NCBI GenBank assembly: GCA_964621215.1
Contig: CAZULF010000003.1
Coordinates: 1 to 42,985 of the forward strand
Direction of reading: 5' to 3'
Length of the DNA: 42,985 bases
Source of the DNA: an uncultured Legionellales bacterium
GTDB taxonomy: Bacteria; Pseudomonadota; Gammaproteobacteria; UBA1113
The notes beneath the pieces were generated by a model, which did no database searches, was not told where the DNA came from, and was given only the letters and a program-made list of their open reading frames with translations. Positions within the stretch are counted from its first letter, which is position 1. Each line of letters opens with the position of its first letter. Positions 16,124-24,955 of this stretch are shown in pieces. The position numbers and the translations under genes are program-made.

Positions 16124-17227
16124 ATGGATACCTCGGCCCCCGCTATAAATAATATCGTGGCTAATTTTTCCATTGCTTATCATCAATACCTAAATGAAAA
16201 TGGCGAGCTGGTTTGTGCTTTGCCTGCTTTTGCAACTCCCGAGGTGTTGACATTTCTCTATCGCGAAATGGTGCTCACTCGAGTATTTGACACCAAAGCC
16301 ATTAACTTGCAACGCACGGGAAAAATGGGAACCTATCCTAGCATTCTTGGCCAAGAAGCGTATTCGGTAGCAATCGGTCATACCATGCATAAAGAAGATG
16401 TATTGGTACCGTATTATCGTGATCAAGGTGCGCAACTGCAACGTGGCGTAAGCATGGTAGATATTTTTCGTTATTGGGGTGGCGATGAAGAAGGTAGTCA
16501 TTTCCGACATGCGCCTGAAGATTTACCCATTTGTGTTCCTATTGCAACACAATGTTTGCACGCTGCTGGCATCGCTAAAGCTTTTCAATATCGTAAACAA
16601 CCACGTGTTGCTGTCACCACCATTGGTGATGGTGGAACATCTAAAGGCGATTTTTATGAAGCCATGAATTTAGCGGGTGCGTGGAAATTACCCGTTGTGT
16701 TTGTTGTCAATAATAATCAATGGGCTATTTCTGTTCCTCGTTCAAACCAAACTGGCACAGAAACTATCGCACAAAAATCCATTGCCGCTGGTTTTACTGG
16801 CTTACAAGTCGATGGTAATGATGTGATTGCCATGCATCAAGTGATGCAAACTGCATTAGAAAAAGCGCGTCATGGTCATGGTCCAACATTGATTGAAGCC
16901 ATCAGCTATCGTTTAAGCGATCATACTACTGCAGATGATGCTAGCCGCTATCGCAGCAAAGAAGAATTGGCTGCCGCATGGGAAAAAGATCCTGTGGCTC
17001 GCTTGCGTAAATATCTCACGCAACAAGGTTTGTGGGATGATGCGCACGAAGAACATTTACAAGCAGAATGTCAGGCACAAGTGGCAGAAGCAGTTGAAGA
17101 ATATACTAATACTCCTCGACCAACTACCGATGCTATTTTCGATCATATGTATGACACTCTAACCAAGCCATTACAAGAACAAAAGGCTTATGCAAAACGT
17201 TTTGAAGGAAAAGCGCATCATGGCTGA
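16124..17227 (+). CDS. bkdA1: 2-oxoisovalerate (branched-chain keto acid) dehydrogenase E1 alpha subunit
   Basis: TPP-binding motif GDGGTSKGDFYEAMNLAGAWKLPVVFVVNNNQWAIS. Its context is ldh and E1-beta/E2. Confidence 0.87.
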   Translation: MDTSAPAINNIVANFSIAYHQYLNENGELVCALPAFATPEVLTFLYREMVLTRVFDTKAINLQRTGKMGTYPSILGQEAYSVAIGHTMHKEDVLVPYYRDQGAQLQRGVSMVDIFRYWGGDEEGSHFRHAPEDLPICVPIATQCLHAAGIAKAFQYRKQPRVAVTTIGDGGTSKGDFYEAMNLAGAWKLPVVFVVNNNQWAISVPRSNQTGTETIAQKSIAAGFTGLQVDGNDVIAMHQVMQTALEKARHGHGPTLIEAISYRLSDHTTADDASRYRSKEELAAAWEKDPVARLRKYLTQQGLWDDAHEEHLQAECQAQVAEAVEEYTNTPRPTTDAIFDHMYDTLTKPLQEQKAYAKRFEGKAHHG

Positions 17228-18200
17228 AATAACATTAATTGAAGCAATCACTCAAGCCTTAGCTCACGAAATGAAAGCTGATCCTGACGTAGTGATTTTA
17301 GGGGAAGATATCGCGACTAATGGCGGTGTATTTCGCGCTACTGTTGGTTTGTTAGAAAAATTTGGCCCCGGACGTGTCATGGATACGCCATTAGCTGAAT
17401 CGATGATCGCCGGTGCAGCTATTGGCATGGCGACACAAGGATTAAAACCTATCGCTGAATTTCAATTTGTGGGATTCATTTATTCTGCGCTCGATCAATT
17501 ATTTTCGCACGCAGCACGTATGCGTAATCGTACTCGTGGCCGTTTAACTTGCTCAATGGTAGTACGCGCGCCCTATGGTGGTGGCATTCACGCCCCCGAG
17601 CATCATTCTGAAAGTCCAGAAGCGTTATTTGCACATACCCCTGGATTTAAAGTGGTGATTCCTTCCTCGCCTGCACGCGCATATGGTTTGTTATTAGCTG
17701 CCATTCGCGATCCGGATCCCGTTGTTTATTTAGAACCAAGTCGTATTTATCGTTTAGTTAAACAAGACGTGCCTGATAACGGCATCGCACTCCCCATTGG
17801 CAAATGTTTTCTTTCACGCGAAGGCGATGATGTCACGCTCATTAGCTGGGGGGCTTCACTGCATGAAACCAACAAAGCAGCGACGACATTAGCACAATCA
17901 GGTATCACCGCTGATGTCATTGATGTGGCAACGATCAGTCCGCTTGATATTGACACTATTCTGGCTTCAGTTGAAAAAACTGGCCGCTGTGTCATTGTGC
18001 ATGAAGCACCTCGCAGTTGTGGTGTCGGTGCAGATATCGCCGCACAAATTACTGAGAAAGCCTTATTGTCCTTATTAGCCCCAATTGAACGGGTAACGGG
18101 ATATGACATCACGATGCCCTACCCCAAAATGGAACATGCGTATTTGCCAAGCGAAGAACGCATTATTGCTGCTGTGCATAACACCATGGAGTTCAAATGA
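17220..18200 (+). CDS. bkdA2: Branched-chain keto acid dehydrogenase E1 beta subunit
   Basis: Typical N-terminus MAEITLIEAITQAL...ILGEDI. The ATG overlaps the E1-alpha stop (ATGGCTGA); the ORF-track start at 17190 is probably too long. Confidence 0.9.
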   Translation: MAEITLIEAITQALAHEMKADPDVVILGEDIATNGGVFRATVGLLEKFGPGRVMDTPLAESMIAGAAIGMATQGLKPIAEFQFVGFIYSALDQLFSHAARMRNRTRGRLTCSMVVRAPYGGGIHAPEHHSESPEALFAHTPGFKVVIPSSPARAYGLLLAAIRDPDPVVYLEPSRIYRLVKQDVPDNGIALPIGKCFLSREGDDVTLISWGASLHETNKAATTLAQSGITADVIDVATISPLDIDTILASVEKTGRCVIVHEAPRSCGVGADIAAQITEKALLSLLAPIERVTGYDITMPYPKMEHAYLPSEERIIAAVHNTMEFK

Positions 18201-19384
18201 AAATTTTTAAATTGCCCGATTTAGGTGAAGGTTTACCCGATGCTGAAATTCATGAATGGCATGTCAATGTCGGTGATGAAGTTAAAACCGATCAACTATT
18301 AGTCTCGATGGAAACAGCAAAGGCGGTGGTGGATGTTCCCTCTCCGCGTAACGGTCGTATCGCTAAATTATATGGCAAAGCCGGCGATTTAATTCATACC
18401 GGTTCGCCATTAGTAGAATATGAAGACGATAATCAACAGCCTGTGACAACTGCTCCTGCAGCACCAGCCCAAGCTTCTGCGGCAACCGTTGCTGGATCAA
18501 TTCAAGTTGGCAACACAGTAATTAATGAAGCTGCTGCAGGTTTAGCCGCCTCACAATCGCAAGCTGGGCATGTAAAAACTTTACCGGTGGTACGTTTGCT
18601 CGCACAAAAACTCGGGTTAGATCTGAAACAAATCACGTCAACTTCGGCTGATGCGCATATCAGCGTAGATGATCTGTGCCAAGCTATTCGACAAAGTTGG
18701 TCGCAGACCGCATCACGTCAGCCAACGGCAACTGCGCCAGTGTTGAGCGAACATATGAAGCCCTTGCGTGGAGTACGCAAAGCCATGGCACACAGTATGG
18801 CTGAATCACATGCGCAAGTGGTACCTGTCACCATTTGTGATGATGCTGACATCTCAGCCTGGAGTGCCAACAGCGACTTCACTGTACGCTTGATTCGTGC
18901 TATTTGTGTGGCCTGCAAACTAGAACCAGTAATGAATGCACATTTTGACGGTTATACACCCGCAATTGATATTAAGAAAGAAATTAATTTAGGCATTGCT
19001 GTGGATTCCGCTGATGGTTTGTTTGTGCCTGTCGTTAAAAATGCGGGCGAATTAGCTGCAGGAGAATTACGCACGACTATTAATCGATTTAAAGAACAGA
19101 TTCAAAACCGTAGCATTCCTCCCGCTGATTTACGTGATGCCACCATCAGTCTTTCCAATTTTGGCACTTTTGCTGGGCGTTATGCGAGCCCGATCATTGT
19201 GCCGCCGATGGTGACGATCATTGGTGCGGGTCGGGGGCGTGACGAGGTAGTGAGCATTGATGGCAACTTCGTAAGCCATCGTATAATTCCTCTGTCCGTT
19301 ACTTTTGATCACCGTGCTGCTACAGGCGGCGAAGCTAGTCGTTTTTTACGCGCCATGATGGATGATTTGAAAAAACCTGAATAA
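18197..19384 (+). CDS. bkdB: Dihydrolipoamide acyltransferase E2 component
   Basis: Lipoyl domain (METAKAVVDVPSP), Ala/Pro linker, subunit-binding domain, catalytic DHR motif (TFDHRAATGGEA). ATGA overlap with E1 beta. Confidence 0.88.
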   Translation: MKIFKLPDLGEGLPDAEIHEWHVNVGDEVKTDQLLVSMETAKAVVDVPSPRNGRIAKLYGKAGDLIHTGSPLVEYEDDNQQPVTTAPAAPAQASAATVAGSIQVGNTVINEAAAGLAASQSQAGHVKTLPVVRLLAQKLGLDLKQITSTSADAHISVDDLCQAIRQSWSQTASRQPTATAPVLSEHMKPLRGVRKAMAHSMAESHAQVVPVTICDDADISAWSANSDFTVRLIRAICVACKLEPVMNAHFDGYTPAIDIKKEINLGIAVDSADGLFVPVVKNAGELAAGELRTTINRFKEQIQNRSIPPADLRDATISLSNFGTFAGRYASPIIVPPMVTIIGAGRGRDEVVSIDGNFVSHRIIPLSVTFDHRAATGGEASRFLRAMMDDLKKPE

Positions 19385-19395
19385 TTGTCCCTGTT

Positions 19396-19457
19396 GTCAT
19401 GCCAGCGCAGGCTGGCATCCATTTTCGGGACTGGATGCCAGCCTGCGCTGGCATGAC
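19396..19457. repeat. Family C double unit: perfect 25-nt inverted arms, 12-nt core
   Basis: gtcatgccagcgcaggctggcatcc attttcgggact ggatgccagcctgcgctggcatgac, between bkdB and purB. Confidence 0.9.
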
Positions 19458-19492
19458 AAATCGGAAGAACCTGAATAATTGAGGTATTGCAT

Positions 19493-20860
19493 ATGGAACT
19501 TTGTACGCTTACTGCCATTTCGCCGATTGATGGCCGTTATGGCACACGACTCGCCGAATTACGCGATCTATTCAGTGAATATGCGCTGATTAAATTTCGC
19601 GTTCAAGTTGAAATTCACTGGTTAGAAATGCTCGCGTCTGTTGCAGCTATCAAAGAAGTACCGCCTCTGAGTTCTGCTGCTGCAACAGCCTTGCGTGCTA
19701 TTGTTAATGATTTTACTTTAGCGGATGCCGAGCGTGTCAAAGCCATAGAGAGCAAAACCAATCATGATGTCAAAGCGGTGGAATATTTTGTTAAAGAAAA
19801 AATGGCTGCCCATGCTGAGCTTGCTAAATTACAAGAATTTTTGCATTTTGCCTGTACTTCTGAAGATATTAATAATGTAGCTTATGCGTTAATCCTAAAA
19901 CACGCAAAAGAAAACTTTCTGCTCCCCAAAACAGCAGGCGTAATTGAGGCCATAAAAGGTTTAGCTCTTCGCTTTGCGGATCAACCGATGTTAGCGCGTA
20001 CGCATGGTCAAGCGGCTACCCCAACTACTGTGGGTAAAGAAATGGCAAACTTTGTTGCCCGATTACAGCGACAATATGAACATTTGCACAATACGGTGAT
20101 TTTAGGCAAATTCAACGGCGCTGTCGGGAACTTTAATGCGCATCATGCCGCTTATCCTGAAATTGATTGGCCGGAAGTTAGTCGTCAATTTGTTGAAAGT
20201 TTTGGCTTACAATGGAATGCGTATACCACTCAAATTGAACCGCATGATTACATCGCTGAATTATTTGCTGTGCTATGCAACTTTAATAATATTCTTGTCG
20301 ATTTTAATCGTGATGTGTGGGGATATATTTCGCTGGGTTATTTCCAACAAAAAGCGATTGCTGATGAGGTAGGCTCATCCACTATGCCACATAAAATCAA
20401 CCCTATCGATTTTGAAAATGCCGAAGGTAATTTAGGCATGGCAAATGCGTTGATGAGTTTTCTGAGCAATCAATTACTCACTTCACGCTGGCAACGTGAT
20501 TTAGTTGACTCTACTTTACTACGTAATTTAGGTGTGGCCATGGCGCATGCTTTGCTAGCTTATCAAAGTACACTCAAAGGCATTAGTAAATTAGAAATTA
20601 ATCCGGTTGTGTTGGAATATGATTTAGCGCAAGCGTGGGAAGTGTTGGCTGAACCAATCCAAACCATCATGCGCCGTTACGGCATCTCTGAACCGTATGA
20701 AAAATTAAAAGCCCTCACCCGCGGTAAACCGATCGATCAGAGCTTGCTGGAAGAGTTTGTTGATCAGTTGGCTTTACCCGATACGGTGAAAAAGCAACTT
20801 AAACAAATGACTCCTCGCAATTATGTTGGCCTAGCCGCTAAATTGGCGAAAGGGGTGTAG
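19493..20860 (+). CDS. purB: Adenylosuccinate lyase
   Basis: N-terminus MELCTLTAISPIDGRYG resembles E. coli PurB. Fumarate-lyase signature GSSTMPHKINP is present. GAGG lies 8 nt upstream of this ATG; the ORF-track TTG at 19487 is less likely. Confidence 0.95.
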   Translation: MELCTLTAISPIDGRYGTRLAELRDLFSEYALIKFRVQVEIHWLEMLASVAAIKEVPPLSSAAATALRAIVNDFTLADAERVKAIESKTNHDVKAVEYFVKEKMAAHAELAKLQEFLHFACTSEDINNVAYALILKHAKENFLLPKTAGVIEAIKGLALRFADQPMLARTHGQAATPTTVGKEMANFVARLQRQYEHLHNTVILGKFNGAVGNFNAHHAAYPEIDWPEVSRQFVESFGLQWNAYTTQIEPHDYIAELFAVLCNFNNILVDFNRDVWGYISLGYFQQKAIADEVGSSTMPHKINPIDFENAEGNLGMANALMSFLSNQLLTSRWQRDLVDSTLLRNLGVAMAHALLAYQSTLKGISKLEINPVVLEYDLAQAWEVLAEPIQTIMRRYGISEPYEKLKALTRGKPIDQSLLEEFVDQLALPDTVKKQLKQMTPRNYVGLAAKLAKGV

Positions 20861-20866
20861 ATTGGC

Positions 20867-21000
20867 AGCCTGGATGGAGCGAAGCGGAATCCGCGATAAC
20901 CGACCTTGGGGCACGAACGATCAGACCGTCGTCCCGCGCCTTGTCCGCGGGATCCAGAATACATCACGATCCCCGGATTCCGCTGCGCTCCATTCAGGCT
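20867..21000. repeat. Family A element whose loop is replaced by extra sequence including a family B half unit
   Basis: The arms are agcctggatggagcgaagcggaatccg and ccggattccgctgcgctccattcaggct. The nested unit cgtcgtcccgcgccttgtccgcgggatcc lies at 20927-20955. Confidence 0.85.
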
Positions 21001-21166
21001 ACATTATAATTTAAAACATAACAAATAAACACCCGAAAGCAAAACTAACTAGCACGTGACTTTTGAACTGGACTGTTGTATGATCCGGCCACAAATTGGG
21101 GTGCTCTAAAACTAAATCTTATAAATATCCTTCTTTTGAAATCCTCGTTTTAAAGGTTGATGTGCC

Positions 21167-22252
21167 ATGAAAGACAAATACACTGTTACATTTACAGGTC
21201 AAACTTCAGATACAGCAAAATTATCGGAGAAAGCTATTTGGATAGTAAGTATTCCTTTCGCTATGACTGAGGAAAGACTGCCCGAATATGTGGAGCAACT
21301 TCGTGCGTTTGCACATCGCATGAAAACGGCTGCGATTGCTTTTGACATACTTTTAACTGGTGAATTGAACGCCTATAATTTTCGGGCTATCGGACAATCT
21401 GAGGAAGACGCATTAAACTCTGCTATTAAATTAGAAAAAGACTGGGAAAGTAAATACTTATCTGTCATTACTGGGTTAGTAAATCAAGAAGAACAGCTCA
21501 ATTTTACGACGCTAGCCACGGATCCTATCTTTTCATCCTCATTCAAGTTCGTAAAACATTTATATGATGAAAATAATAATTTTAGCGATAAAGTGACTCC
21601 TACTGTGGGTAACCGAATAGCTCAGATGCCGCCTAAGGGAATCAAAACTAGATTCCCAGATGCACGCACTGTAAAACCTGAAATAATGCTACCATTGTTC
21701 ACAGAATATGTTTTGAAAGAGTGTGCACTCGTGTTACAGCTACGCACTATGGGATATGATAGCGTCTTTTACATGGGAAAAATAAATCCCTCGACTGAGT
21801 ACATCACAAAATTCAACCTTAATACTATTGCTGAAGATGCAGGAAATATCCATTTTAGTGATGCGCCTGTGCTAAAACCATACCATAATCCTTCGTTCAG
21901 AATACCCCCAAAAGTAACTACCAAGATAGTAACCGCCGACTCGATGATGCGTTTTTTTGAACAAGGACACTCTACACACCCCAAAAAGCCCTCAGCGCAT
22001 GGTTTGTCCCAAACATATCCAGGAGCTTTACCCGTCGAATATTGGCTGTTTAGAGCTTACTTTGATAGTAAAGAGGTATCTGAATCTTCTAAATTACAAG
22101 CTGTTCTGCAGCGTCATCCTATCTCTCCACCTCATGGATCAACCCCAGAATATGGCGATTCAACAGGTAGCCCACGTTCCCCCCAAATGGGGCCTCTAAC
22201 TCGTAGTATGTCAGTAGACGCAATAGGCCATTCTGGCCCATCCACAAAATAA
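21167..22252 (+). CDS. Hypothetical protein: N-terminal about 235 aa with cyclodipeptide-synthase-like motifs (tentative), Ser/Pro-rich C-terminal tail
   Basis: Long ORF. Hand-aligned motifs are IVSIPF (S28), AIGQSEEDALNSAIK, EYVLKE (Y181/E185) and FY202. The tail is rich in SP/TP dipeptides. Confidence 0.6.
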   Translation: MKDKYTVTFTGQTSDTAKLSEKAIWIVSIPFAMTEERLPEYVEQLRAFAHRMKTAAIAFDILLTGELNAYNFRAIGQSEEDALNSAIKLEKDWESKYLSVITGLVNQEEQLNFTTLATDPIFSSSFKFVKHLYDENNNFSDKVTPTVGNRIAQMPPKGIKTRFPDARTVKPEIMLPLFTEYVLKECALVLQLRTMGYDSVFYMGKINPSTEYITKFNLNTIAEDAGNIHFSDAPVLKPYHNPSFRIPPKVTTKIVTADSMMRFFEQGHSTHPKKPSAHGLSQTYPGALPVEYWLFRAYFDSKEVSESSKLQAVLQRHPISPPHGSTPEYGDSTGSPRSPQMGPLTRSMSVDAIGHSGPSTK

Positions 22253-22328
22253 AGTGCTACAATGGAAATAGTACATTGGTGTTAACTAGGATTTGTTAAG
22301 GACAATCTTTACTGAAAAAGGATGAAAC

Positions 22329-23921
22329 ATGGAGATTAATGCATTTTCTGATGTTAAATCACTTCGAAAAATCATCGCCCTAATGCCGGGTAATGTGTAC
22401 TGGAAAAATACAAAAGGCGAATATCAAGGGTGTAATCTCAATCAACTTAAAGTTGCAGGCCTCGACTCAATACAAGATATTTTAGGTAAAACCGATTATG
22501 ATTTATACAGCTCCGATATTGCTTGTTTAGTACAGGCTGCCGATAGAGCTGTGATGGAATCGGGTATAGAAAAAGAATTTGAAGAAATTGGTGTGGATGC
22601 GCAAGGCAATAAAACCATTTATCTCACGAAAAAAATCCCACTGTTTGATGATAATAGACATTGTACTGGTTTACTCGGTATTTCCATCGATATCTCCGAA
22701 AGAAAAAAACAAGAAGAGCAATTAAGAATCGCCAAAAAGCAAGCAGAAGAAGCTAATGAACTCAAAACCAAATTCATTCAAAATATGCAACATGATGTCA
22801 GAACCCCGCTTTCTGGCGTGTATCAATATATGGAAATGTGGGCTGCGGAAGAAACTGACCCTGAAAAACGTTTTTGTGCTGAATTAATGCGTACCAGCAC
22901 CGGGCAACTGCTTAATATGTGCAATGAGTTGGTTGATTTTGAAAATATTGATTATCTCGAGAATGCCATTAAATTAGAACCGGTTGATACCGTTCGCTTT
23001 TTAACACGTGTGATTGATCTCAATAGAATGGCTGCGCATAGTCGTGGACTTAACATTGGCATTAATATCGATCCTGCCCTGCCTCACAGATTAAAATTAG
23101 ATAAGAGAAAATTATATCGCGTATTAGTTAACTTGGTAGGTAATTCGTTAAAATTTACCAATGAAGGTTCGATAACCTTAAATGTAAAAAAATTACATGC
23201 TGAAAACTCTTTTGTGACTATCGCTTTTGAAGTACATGATACCGGCGTGGGTATTCCGGCCGATAAAATTGATTTAATTTTTGAAAAATTTGTACGTTTA
23301 AATCCAGTAAACCAAACAAAATATAAAGGTAGTGGTTTAGGTTTATCCTATGTAAGAAAATTTGTGGATGACATGAATGGTCGACTTGAAGTAGAAAGTG
23401 AAGAAGGTAAAGGTTCTGTATTTCGTGTGATACTCTCTTTGTCTGTACCTACTGCAGATGAAATGGTGAAATATGATAGCAATGAAATTGATACGTTTAA
23501 CGAAGAGTTATTATTGCAGGAAATAATGCATACGCCTCCCTCCACTCAACACAAAACCAACAACCAAGTTCAAGAAAATATTATCGATATTAATGCTTCA
23601 CTTGAAGCGGCTGGCGATATTGAGACGGTGGAAGAAGTGCTAGCGATGTTGCGCGAATCGTTATTACATGATAAACGACAATTAGAAGCCTGTTACCAAC
23701 GAAACGATGTTGCTGAAACTCGCAAAATATTACATCGTCTTGATGGCACGCTGCGATATTGTGTTGTTCCTAAATTACAACAAGCGCGTGGTCAGTTACA
23801 TACGGCTATCAAAGAAACCGAGCAATTACAGACCAACACAGCCCTGTATAATAATTTTTATAATGAAATTGAACACTTTCTGTTGGCTTATGAGAAATTG
23901 AAAATCGAAACTCCTGCGTAG
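22329..23921 (+). CDS. Soluble PAS-domain sensor histidine kinase with C-terminal HPt-like domain and no receiver
   Basis: N-terminal PAS-like domain, coiled linker, H-box QHDVRTPLSG (H155), N-box LVNLVGNSLKF, G-boxes HDTGVGI and GSGLGLS, and an HPt-like LHRLDG (H469). No TM segment. Confidence 0.85.
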   Translation: MEINAFSDVKSLRKIIALMPGNVYWKNTKGEYQGCNLNQLKVAGLDSIQDILGKTDYDLYSSDIACLVQAADRAVMESGIEKEFEEIGVDAQGNKTIYLTKKIPLFDDNRHCTGLLGISIDISERKKQEEQLRIAKKQAEEANELKTKFIQNMQHDVRTPLSGVYQYMEMWAAEETDPEKRFCAELMRTSTGQLLNMCNELVDFENIDYLENAIKLEPVDTVRFLTRVIDLNRMAAHSRGLNIGINIDPALPHRLKLDKRKLYRVLVNLVGNSLKFTNEGSITLNVKKLHAENSFVTIAFEVHDTGVGIPADKIDLIFEKFVRLNPVNQTKYKGSGLGLSYVRKFVDDMNGRLEVESEEGKGSVFRVILSLSVPTADEMVKYDSNEIDTFNEELLLQEIMHTPPSTQHKTNNQVQENIIDINASLEAAGDIETVEEVLAMLRESLLHDKRQLEACYQRNDVAETRKILHRLDGTLRYCVVPKLQQARGQLHTAIKETEQLQTNTALYNNFYNEIEHFLLAYEKLKIETPA

Positions 23922-23991
23922 GCTGGATGCAAGATCCTTTCATTTCTACCAAAATATGGTACGCTCATATAGATATTAATCTATAGTTTTC

Positions 23992-24948
23992 ATGCAAATA
24001 GGATTTAGGAATCATATGAGTAACTCGTTACGACAACGGTTAGTGCAATCTCTAACCAATTGGCTGATGAAGGAACGTCCTTACACTGGAATGCAGTTAT
24101 CCGATTTTGATCGCTTACGGTATGAAATCCGTCCTTGCGATGTATTATTGGTGGAAGGCCAAAGTCGCGTCAGTGATGTTATCCGAATTATCTCCCAAAG
24201 CCCCTGGACTCATTCCATGCTTTATATCGGCCGTTTACACGACATTGAAAACCCATTATTGCGCCAACGCATTCGTGAAGTTTATCAAGGTGATGAGGGC
24301 GAACAACTCGTCATAGAAAGTATGCTCGGCAAAGATACCGTAGTGACTCCTCTCTCGCGTTACAAACATATACACATGCGCATCTGTCGCCCAAAAGGCA
24401 TATCTCGAGAAGATGCACAACGGGTGATTGGTTATACCATCGGACGTTTGGGTTTACGATATGGCGTGCGACAACTACTCGATCTTGCACGCTTCATGTT
24501 TCCTTGGAGCGTGTTACCACGTCGTTGGCGTTCCACCTTATTTCGTCACAATGCTGGCGAACCTACGCGACAAATTTGCTCATCACTCATAGCTGAAGCC
24601 TTTAGTTCCGTGCATTTCCCGATTTTACCTATCCTGACAAAAACCGATGAGTCCGGATTGCAACTCGTTCCGCGCAATCCACGTTTATTTACGCCCAGTG
24701 ATTTTGACTACTCACCTTTTTTTGAAATTATCAAATATCCCTTTTTTGGTTTATCTGAAGAAGGTATGTATCGCAATCTTCCGTGGGCTAAAGAAGGCGA
24801 ATACAGCAATGATGATGGCAGCACAATTAATTTGAATGAACCACAGAGGTCAGTTCCTACAACATCTTCAGAACCTGACGCAGAAACTGTACCAAGTGGT
24901 ACAACGGAAAAAACCAAACACGGCTGGTTTAAGCGTAATAAGAAATAA
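23992..24948 (+). CDS. Permuted papain-like (NlpC/P60 superfamily, YiiX-like) putative hydrolase
   Basis: DVLLVEGQSRVSDVIRIISQSPWTHSMLYIG followed later by QICSSLIAEAF (His before Cys, as in YiiX-type permuted enzymes). This is motif-level only. Confidence 0.55.
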   Translation: MQIGFRNHMSNSLRQRLVQSLTNWLMKERPYTGMQLSDFDRLRYEIRPCDVLLVEGQSRVSDVIRIISQSPWTHSMLYIGRLHDIENPLLRQRIREVYQGDEGEQLVIESMLGKDTVVTPLSRYKHIHMRICRPKGISREDAQRVIGYTIGRLGLRYGVRQLLDLARFMFPWSVLPRRWRSTLFRHNAGEPTRQICSSLIAEAFSSVHFPILPILTKTDESGLQLVPRNPRLFTPSDFDYSPFFEIIKYPFFGLSEEGMYRNLPWAKEGEYSNDDGSTINLNEPQRSVPTTSSEPDAETVPSGTTEKTKHGWFKRNKK

Positions 24949-24955
24949 ACGTACA

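Noticed and set aside
19396-19457. Calling the family A/B/C palindromes intrinsic terminators
   Set aside because: None is followed by a T-tract on either strand. They may still affect RNA 3' ends, but the canonical terminator signature is absent, so they are annotated as repeats.
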